In this document: one piece after another, positions 58,450 through 64,000 of the stretch
Position numbering within the stretch: position 1 is the stretch's first letter
Layout of the letters: each line of letters begins with the position of its first letter
Origin: an uncultured Acidimicrobiaceae bacterium
GTDB lineage: Bacteria > Actinomycetota > Acidimicrobiia > Acidimicrobiales > SZUA-35
Assembly (NCBI GenBank): GCA_964648795.1
Contig: CAZYMB010000002.1
Span: 131,643-195,642, forward strand
Length of the DNA: 64,000 bases
Direction of reading: 5' to 3'
The notes under the pieces: generated by a model
Seen by the model: only the letters and a program-made list of their open reading frames with translations
Databases searched by the model: none
What the model was told of the DNA's origin: nothing
Made by a program: the position numbers and the translations under genes

Positions 58450-59169
58450 ATGGCTGAGGCTACAGAGGCTGAGGCTACAGAGGCCGAGCCGACTACTGCT
58501 GGAAGACTTCCACTTTGGAGAACCGCTAACCGAGTCGGCTATCTTGCATCTGCCGCAAACTTTGTTTTGTATTTCGCCCTTTGGCCTTTTGGACAAGAAG
58601 CTCGAGCAGCCCGTGCTCCTAGGGGCCCGATACGAAGAAACCGACGGTCTACGGCGTTCTCTTTGGTGAGGGGCACAGTAGGTAGAGTTGGTCGCCTCTG
58701 GAGAGTTATATATCGCTGGCCTCTGATTGCTTTGACGTATCAGTTCTTCGTGGGAGGTATCTCACTTGGTGTAGGAGCTCTTGGAGGCTGGTTGCTAATG
58801 GCCGGCATAGTTGCGTTCAACGCAAATAACCTCATTGCGCTCGCTAGGCGAGCTTTTCATCAACGTAGCTTCGCTAATGGTACTAATCCACAACCACCGC
58901 CGCCACCGCGACCTTTCTACATAGAGGGGCAAGGGTCGCAATGGGGGATTCACGACCACACACCTACGGTTACCGATACAGTGTTTCATCAACGTCGCTA
59001 TACAAATCATGCCCCTCCAATCCAGGTAGTCACCCGAACACGGGCAGCCTTCGGGCGAGGTGCCGTCCGGGTCAGCGATGGTATTTATGGTTTTGCTAGC
59101 AATATGGGCACACAGGCAAAAGACTTGTTTGAGCAACGTCGAGGCAAAGGCCCTAAGAATACTAAGTGA
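58450..59169 (+). CDS. Hypothetical membrane protein with EATEA repeat and poly-Pro run
   Basis: MAEATEAEATEAEPTT, encoded by a duplicated gctgaggctacagag unit. Two or three TM helices and PQPPPPPRP. Confidence 0.45.
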   Translation: MAEATEAEATEAEPTTAGRLPLWRTANRVGYLASAANFVLYFALWPFGQEARAARAPRGPIRRNRRSTAFSLVRGTVGRVGRLWRVIYRWPLIALTYQFFVGGISLGVGALGGWLLMAGIVAFNANNLIALARRAFHQRSFANGTNPQPPPPPRPFYIEGQGSQWGIHDHTPTVTDTVFHQRRYTNHAPPIQVVTRTRAAFGRGAVRVSDGIYGFASNMGTQAKDLFEQRRGKGPKNTK

Positions 59170-59189
59170 CCTTTAGCTATGCTTAGGTA

Positions 59190-59375
59190 GTGAGTTCTTC
59201 TGTGGTGTCAAGTTTCATACGAATGCTCGACGAGCCTAAGAACACTTTGGGGCGCACAGAAGAAGTTGTCGAGATGGTTTTGGAGAAGCCAGAGCTGATT
59301 GAAGATTTGTATCAGTGCTACTTAGAACTCTCTGATGATTGGATAGTACAGAATTGTTGCAGTCTAATTAGGTAG
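59190..59375 (+). pseudogene. Probable N-terminal remnant of a HEAT-like 'DNA alkylation repair enzyme' family gene
   Basis: The 61-aa ORF LGRTEEVVEMVLEKPELIEDLYQCYLELSDDWIVQNCCSLIR resembles the N-terminus I recall for COG4335-type proteins (normally about 220 aa). It ends at TAG with no continuation before the next gene. Confidence 0.35.
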
Positions 59376-59410
59376 GCTTGATCTAATCAATTCTTAGAGA
59401 GCCGGACAAC

Positions 59411-59854
59411 ATGATCAATTCGTTTAGTGCAAACCTGATGGTGGCCGACGTCACAAAATCTATTGAGTTCTACGTTGACGTCATAGGCGCAACCATTGCA
59501 TTTACCGTTGATGCCGAGAAGAATTCACTTAACGAAGCGGTCATTGATAATACGATCTTTGGTTCTATGCGAGTTGGTCAAACTGAATTAATGCTTCAAG
59601 AACGACAGAACCTAATCGCTGATGCGCCGGCTGCATTCTCAGACGAAGACACCCCTGGTGGATCGCTCAGCCTTTACTTCAGAGTCGACAATGTTGATGA
59701 AGTCGCAGAGCAAATTGCAGCAGCAACACCTGAGATAGAAGTCGTCAAACCAATGGAGCTGACCTGGTACGGCATGAAAGAAATTTGGATCAAGGACCCA
59801 GATGGCTACGTTGTTACCGCTGGGACTCCTGAGGGACCACCACCGGCTAGCTAG
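59411..59854 (+). CDS. VOC (glyoxalase/bleomycin-resistance/dioxygenase) family protein
   Basis: FSANLMVADVTKSIEFYVDVIG ... WYGMKEIWIKDPDGYVV is the typical VOC fold pattern. Confidence 0.7.
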   Translation: MINSFSANLMVADVTKSIEFYVDVIGATIAFTVDAEKNSLNEAVIDNTIFGSMRVGQTELMLQERQNLIADAPAAFSDEDTPGGSLSLYFRVDNVDEVAEQIAAATPEIEVVKPMELTWYGMKEIWIKDPDGYVVTAGTPEGPPPAS

Positions 59855-60270
59855 GCATTTGTCCAATCTTCAACAACTTTAGCCCCTGCACTAGCTTTGA
59901 TGCTTTTGCAGCCGATCGTATCTAGGAATGTCGCTGGGGTCCATTTACCGGCTTTGGAAGCTGGCTCCTCACGCTTATGTCCAGGCTCACCCCATTCAAC
60001 ATAGGCTATGACCGACTCAGGGTTCTCAAATTCAGAGTTTGAGTACAATCCCATTTCGCCTTTGGCAGCGTCCAATCCACCAAAAGCTGAAGCCGCTACC
60101 TTTACAGATGCCGATGCCGCTATCTCACCGGAAGGAACATCTGGGTATTCTGGGAATTGGCATAGTTTCAAACCTGTCGGATCGGCAGCTTCGGGGCCTC
60201 CGTTTGTCACTACAACGTAGCCGTTGTCGCCAAAGGTGATTTCTGAAATATAGAACGGACTGTCAGCCAT
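59851..60270 (-). CDS. Hypothetical protein, possibly lamin-tail-domain-like
   Basis: FYISEITFGDNGYVVVTNGG...GLKLCQ is reminiscent of the LTD pattern ISE..-..-.E.yN. This is weak. Confidence 0.35.
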   Translation of the reverse strand: MADSPFYISEITFGDNGYVVVTNGGPEAADPTGLKLCQFPEYPDVPSGEIAASASVKVAASAFGGLDAAKGEMGLYSNSEFENPESVIAYVEWGEPGHKREEPASKAGKWTPATFLDTIGCKSIKASAGAKVVEDWTNA

Positions 60271-60341
60271 TGCTTCTCCTAGGGGTTGTTTCTAGTTACT
60301 AACGAGAGTCAAGTCCACCGTACTCAACTTGTCAACTGTTT

Positions 60342-61568
60342 GTGAGTAGAGTCTTGACTATCGGTTTTCATCAGACACTTTACTCAACCGCACCCGAGGT
60401 CGTAGTACGGTCTCCTGGCCGGGCCGAGATTATTGGCAATCACGTAGATTATTGCGGCGGCGTAGTGTTGGCAGGCGCAATAGCTCAAGCAACTACAGTG
60501 TCGGTATCCCTAGCCGATGACTCATCGCAGATGCTCGTTTGGTCCGAAGGTTACGCGGAGGCTCCAGTACAGCTCGATGTTGCACAGTTACGCTCAGGCG
60601 AACGTTATCCGTTGCCTGAATCAGCAAGCTGGACTGATTATGTTGGCGCTGTCGTTTCTGAACTTATTAGAGCTGAGGTACAAGTTCCTGGGTTTGTCAT
60701 GTCTGTAACGTCCAATGTTCCTTCTAGCGGCGGAGTCTCAAGCTCGGCCTCTTTAGAGCTGGGTGTAGCCAAGGCTTTATGCGAGCTCACTGGCCATGAC
60801 ATGGCCTTAGAGGAACTGGCGGTTCTATGTCAGCGGGCCGAACACTCAGTCGGATCTAATTGCGGTCTGCTAGATCAGTACGCTGTGGCTTTGGGTGAGG
60901 CTGGTTCTTTGCTAAAGCTAGATTTCTCGGACGACTCTAGCGAAATTGTCAAAGGTGACCTTGGTGACAACTCATTTGTGGTGGTGTTTGATGCCAGACT
61001 TAAACGCACCTTGGGTGATACAGGCTATGCGGTGAGGCGCACCGCTACCGAAGACGGCCTGGCTGCAATCAACAAACTGGTCGATAGCAAGCATGAATCA
61101 TTGAGATCTGTTGACCTTGATTGGCTTATCTACAATGAAGCCAAGGTGCAGGATGCAATCGAATCAACTATTGACCCTGCGACGGTGTTTGCTCGTCTGC
61201 GTCACGTTGTATCAGAGATGGCTCGAGTCGATCTAGCAATTGAGGCACTTCGAGCAAACAATCCAGTTTACTTCGGGGAACTACTCACACAGTCCGGACA
61301 CAGTGCGCTCAAAGACTATGAGCTAGACGAAGGCACCCCTGAACTTACTGAAATCGTAGAATCAGGAGTGCTGCTGCCTGGCGTCTTGGGTATTCGAAAC
61401 ATGGGTGGCGGCTTCTCGTCTGTAAGCTTGGCTTTGGTAGAGAACTCGCAATTAGAGGACTTCAAGCGTTCTTTAAGCGTCAGCTATAGTCAAAAGTTTG
61501 GTAGTGAACTCACCTTTTTAGAGTTCGAGCCCAGCTCAGGCGTTGAGGTTACATCTAATAGCGGTTGA
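60342..61568 (+). CDS. Galactokinase-like GHMP sugar kinase
   Basis: GalK-type signature RSPGRAEIIGNHVDYCGG, and GHMP motif PSSGGVSSSASLELG. Confidence 0.75.
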   Translation: MSRVLTIGFHQTLYSTAPEVVVRSPGRAEIIGNHVDYCGGVVLAGAIAQATTVSVSLADDSSQMLVWSEGYAEAPVQLDVAQLRSGERYPLPESASWTDYVGAVVSELIRAEVQVPGFVMSVTSNVPSSGGVSSSASLELGVAKALCELTGHDMALEELAVLCQRAEHSVGSNCGLLDQYAVALGEAGSLLKLDFSDDSSEIVKGDLGDNSFVVVFDARLKRTLGDTGYAVRRTATEDGLAAINKLVDSKHESLRSVDLDWLIYNEAKVQDAIESTIDPATVFARLRHVVSEMARVDLAIEALRANNPVYFGELLTQSGHSALKDYELDEGTPELTEIVESGVLLPGVLGIRNMGGGFSSVSLALVENSQLEDFKRSLSVSYSQKFGSELTFLEFEPSSGVEVTSNSG

Positions 61569-61588
61569 AGCTCTGCCGATAGGTATGA

Positions 61589-62479
61589 GTGTCCAATACG
61601 CCTGTCGAAACCTCTAGAACTAACCGTTCAATCGTTGGCCTTGATGGCCCCCTTAAAGTACGTAAGCAAACCTTTGCATACCCAGATGACTTAGAGGTTT
61701 GTTGGAACCCACAACTTAAAGAGTTCGCGTGTGTAGCTAACTCCATTTCTCTATTGATGCCATACCTCGAGCCTTACGTTGTTAAGTCAGTAGCACGAGC
61801 ACACAAGCAAGCAAAAGCGCAGAACTTGCTGTCGGTAGAAGAAGACAAAGAGATCACCAATTACCTTGGTCAAGAAACACAGCACCACATTCAACACCGC
61901 AAGTTCAACGAACACCTAAGAGCCCGATACTCAAAGCTGTCAATTCTTGAAGGCTTGGCCGATCGCCTAGCGAAGCGACTGCTGCGTAGCGCAAGCATGG
62001 AGTACAACTTGAGCCAGTCTGCAGCATCAGAAGCATTTGCGTTCTCAGTCGCTCGTTGGACTGCACAATACCGAACTGAGATCTTCGCCGGTGCCGACCC
62101 ACTTGTTGCCGATCTATTCAAGTGGCACATGGCAGAAGAAGTCGAGCACAAACATGTTGTGTTCAACTTATGGAGCGCTTTAGCTCCTAGTTTTTGGCGC
62201 TACCGAGTAGCAGCAGTGTTCTGCGTATTGGTAATGGCATTCTTTGTAATAACTGGTGCAACCATGATGATGGCCTACGAAAAACGCATCTTCAGCCCGC
62301 TGGCGTGGTTCCGCCTAATCAAGTGGGGCATTACCTTTGCGTTCGAGCTCTTGCCCAACCTGCTGGTGTCATCGTTAAAGGACTTCCACCCAGATCAATT
62401 TGTAGACCCAGTCGAAGTCGAGAACTGGTTGATCGAATTCGATATTAGAGAATCCGAGCAGATAAATCTTAAGGCTTAG
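61589..62479 (+). CDS. Predicted metal-dependent hydrolase-like membrane-associated protein
   Basis: His/Glu-rich motifs GQETQHHIQHRKFNEHL and WHMAEEVEHKHV, with a hydrophobic C-terminal third. The family guess is weak. Confidence 0.4.
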   Translation: MSNTPVETSRTNRSIVGLDGPLKVRKQTFAYPDDLEVCWNPQLKEFACVANSISLLMPYLEPYVVKSVARAHKQAKAQNLLSVEEDKEITNYLGQETQHHIQHRKFNEHLRARYSKLSILEGLADRLAKRLLRSASMEYNLSQSAASEAFAFSVARWTAQYRTEIFAGADPLVADLFKWHMAEEVEHKHVVFNLWSALAPSFWRYRVAAVFCVLVMAFFVITGATMMMAYEKRIFSPLAWFRLIKWGITFAFELLPNLLVSSLKDFHPDQFVDPVEVENWLIEFDIRESEQINLKA

Positions 62480-63554
62480 GCATCAATGGGTCGATGTCGT
62501 CTGCCCAACGGTGGATACCGCCGATTAGGTTACGAACGTCGCTGAAACCATTGTTCATCAAGAACTCGGTTGCCTTTGCGCTTCGTCCACCTGATCGACA
62601 GTGAACAATCGTTGTTTTAGATGGGTCAAGTTCAGAGAAACGCTCTTCGAGCTCCGGCAGAGGGATAAGTATTGATGAAGCTGCCTCAGATAGGTTGGCT
62701 TCATCCCATTCATCTTGGTTGCGAACATCGACTACAACGATGTCTTCGCCAGCGTCTAGTTTCGCTTTCAATTCGGTCGGTTCAATTTCTTTGATTTCCA
62801 TACGCTCAACTCTAGCCTGTCCGCTTCCGCAGATACTGCAATCGTCTCTACGTTCAACGCCAAATTTGTGACTCTCATGGTTGAGAGTGTTAATAACTGT
62901 GAGGTTTGGTTCAGTAGCTGTGGATTGGATGATTGCTTTGACTGCTTCGGTAGCTTGCATTGCACCGAGAATAGAAGTGGTGGTTGAAAGAACGCCGAAG
63001 TCTTCGCACGCAGCTACAGCAGTCGGGTCAGCTTCGGGGAAAGCACAACCAAAGCAGGCTTCGTCAAAATTGGCGTATGTAAATAGTCGAGCTTCAAAGC
63101 GTTCGACCGAGCCGCTAACAAATACGATGCCTTGGTCTACACAAAACTCTTGCAGTAGGTAGGTGAGGGCTAAGTTGTCGGCACAATCGACGATTACGTC
63201 GGCGTTGTTAAATAACCCAGACAGCGACTCGAGGGTACTGCCAGTTACATACTCGCTAACAGTTTCTATTTCGACATCTGGGTTTTGTTGATTAACGCGG
63301 TGTGCAGCTGCTGAAGCTTTTGGGGAATCGATGTCTTGCGGCGTGTAAAGATACTGTCGTCCGAGGTTCGATTCGGCAACACTGTCACCGTCAGTTAAGA
63401 TTAGGCGTCCTATACCAATGGCTCCAAGATTAAGAGCTGTCGGGCAACCAAGGCCACCGAGTCCAACGATGGCTACCGTTGCGGTACGTATCTTCTTCTG
63501 GCCAAGAGTGCCTAGCTCAGAGAGTTTCGCCTGCATTGAATACCGGGGTTCCAC
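62469..63554 (-). CDS. ThiF/MoeB-family adenylyltransferase fused to a rhodanese domain (MoeZ-like)
   Basis: IVGLGGLGCP nucleotide motif, CFGC and CSIC zinc pairs, and the rhodanese active loop VHCRSGGRSAKA. Confidence 0.8.
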   Translation of the reverse strand: MEPRYSMQAKLSELGTLGQKKIRTATVAIVGLGGLGCPTALNLGAIGIGRLILTDGDSVAESNLGRQYLYTPQDIDSPKASAAAHRVNQQNPDVEIETVSEYVTGSTLESLSGLFNNADVIVDCADNLALTYLLQEFCVDQGIVFVSGSVERFEARLFTYANFDEACFGCAFPEADPTAVAACEDFGVLSTTTSILGAMQATEAVKAIIQSTATEPNLTVINTLNHESHKFGVERRDDCSICGSGQARVERMEIKEIEPTELKAKLDAGEDIVVVDVRNQDEWDEANLSEAASSILIPLPELEERFSELDPSKTTIVHCRSGGRSAKATEFLMNNGFSDVRNLIGGIHRWADDIDPLMPKP

Positions 63555-63645
63555 GTATCTAAGCCTAGCGCCATAGCTTGTTTACAATCCTCCTGGAGCC
63601 CGCTAAACAGAGCTTGTCACCTAGATCGGCTACTATTGTGTTTCT

Positions 63646-64000
63646 ATGACGGAGCAGGTTAAAGAACCATCAGGGCGGGCCATTACTAATGCCTCGAAGC
63701 TTGTGGCTAGCCCTTTGACTGCTCAGCGAGTGGCCGAAAAGCTTTCAGACGACGAATTATCTAATCTTGGAGCCGTTGTTAGCCAGGTTCAGTCCGAGCG
63801 TGCAATTGCCAGGGGAGACTTGGAAGAGATAATCGCTCAGGCTTTTGAAATTGGCTTTGGCCGAGACAACCTTGCTTTACTTCCGTGGATTCATGACAAC
63901 ATAGTTGTTTGTCCTGGTGGGTTGGTTCGCAAATCCTCTGCATCACATGTGTGTAGATTTGTGAGCATTAATGACACCTGGGTGTGGGACAGCCACGAAC
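63646..64000 (+). CDS. Hypothetical protein, 3' end outside window
   Basis: My own translation from ATG 63646 is MTEQVKEPSGRAITNASKLVASPLTAQRVAEKL...CRFVSINDTWVWDSHE. It is open to the window end. No motif recognised. Confidence 0.4.
   Translation, partial: MTEQVKEPSGRAITNASKLVASPLTAQRVAEKLSDDELSNLGAVVSQVQSERAIARGDLEEIIAQAFEIGFGRDNLALLPWIHDNIVVCPGGLVRKSSASHVCRFVSINDTWVWDSHE

Larger units (their letters stand above)
47172..59169 (+). other. Type IV secretion-like gene cluster (11 co-directional, mostly overlapping genes)
   Basis: Contains VirB4-like and VirD4-like ATPases, a TrbL/VirB6-like polytopic protein and VirB2-like small proteins. Start/stop overlaps (ATGA or TAATG) occur at 48312, 49616, 53769, 56012 and 56416. 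Confidence 0.8.

Noticed and set aside
45985-59375. A compositional (GC) shift marking the T4SS-like cluster as recently acquired.
   Set aside because: Hand counts of a few 60-nt lines inside the cluster (about 52%) and outside it (about 48-52%) show no clear difference. A proper sliding-window GC and codon-usage analysis is needed before claiming anything either way.

Overview
This window is the replication-origin neighbourhood of an Actinomycetota chromosome. GC is roughly 48-52% in the few 60-nt lines I counted by hand. All family calls come from reading motifs in the supplied translations; no similarity search was run.

Core layout:
- Minus strand: dnaA-dnaN-recF-DUF721-gyrB-gyrA-DUF3566-tRNA-Ile.
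- Diverging on the plus strand: rpmH-rnpA-yidD-yidC-jag-rsmG-parA-parB. As I recall it, this is the same order as Mycobacterium tuberculosis Rv0001-Rv0007 and Rv3924c-Rv3917c.
- Left flank: ileS (partial), a GT4 glycosyltransferase, tRNA-Arg, rpmB-rpmG, a peroxiredoxin-like protein, an S51 peptidase and a FliA/WhiG-type sigma factor.
- Right of parB: trxA/trxB, an active-looking Hanks kinase, a large secreted protein, a GNAT, a CCA-adding enzyme, a class A PBP, rpsF-ssb-rpsR-rplI-dnaB and class Ia nrdAB.

Two accessory modules interrupt this conserved backbone:
1. A second deviant-Walker-A ParA-like ATPase is translationally coupled to a protein with a C-terminal ribbon-helix-helix domain (26110-27695). 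It follows a 430-bp non-coding stretch that holds a 14/16 parS-like site.
2. A 12-kb, 11-gene, tightly coupled plus-strand operon (47172-59169) encodes a type IV secretion-like machine:
   - two paralogous VirB2-like two-TM proteins
   - a bitopic protein
   - a TrbL/VirB6-like polytopic protein
   - a VirB3-like/VirB4-N-like protein
   - a VirB4-like ATPase
   - a VirD4-like coupling ATPase
   - a DUF4913-like protein
   - three low-complexity membrane or coiled-coil proteins

I could not recognise a relaxase, integrase, cell-wall hydrolase or att repeats in or next to this operon. It is the best candidate for a poorly described system.

Smaller observations:
- parB has no canonical start codon upstream of its essential N-terminal motifs.
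- Perfect TTTTCCACA DnaA boxes lie on both sides of dnaA.
- Twin hairpins with an identical 11-bp stem bracket the S51 peptidase gene.
- A 24-bp tandem repeat lies upstream of rpsF.
- S18 is roughly double the usual length.
- A perfect 22-bp palindrome lies upstream of nrdA.

No rRNA, CRISPR array, transposase or integrase was recognised.
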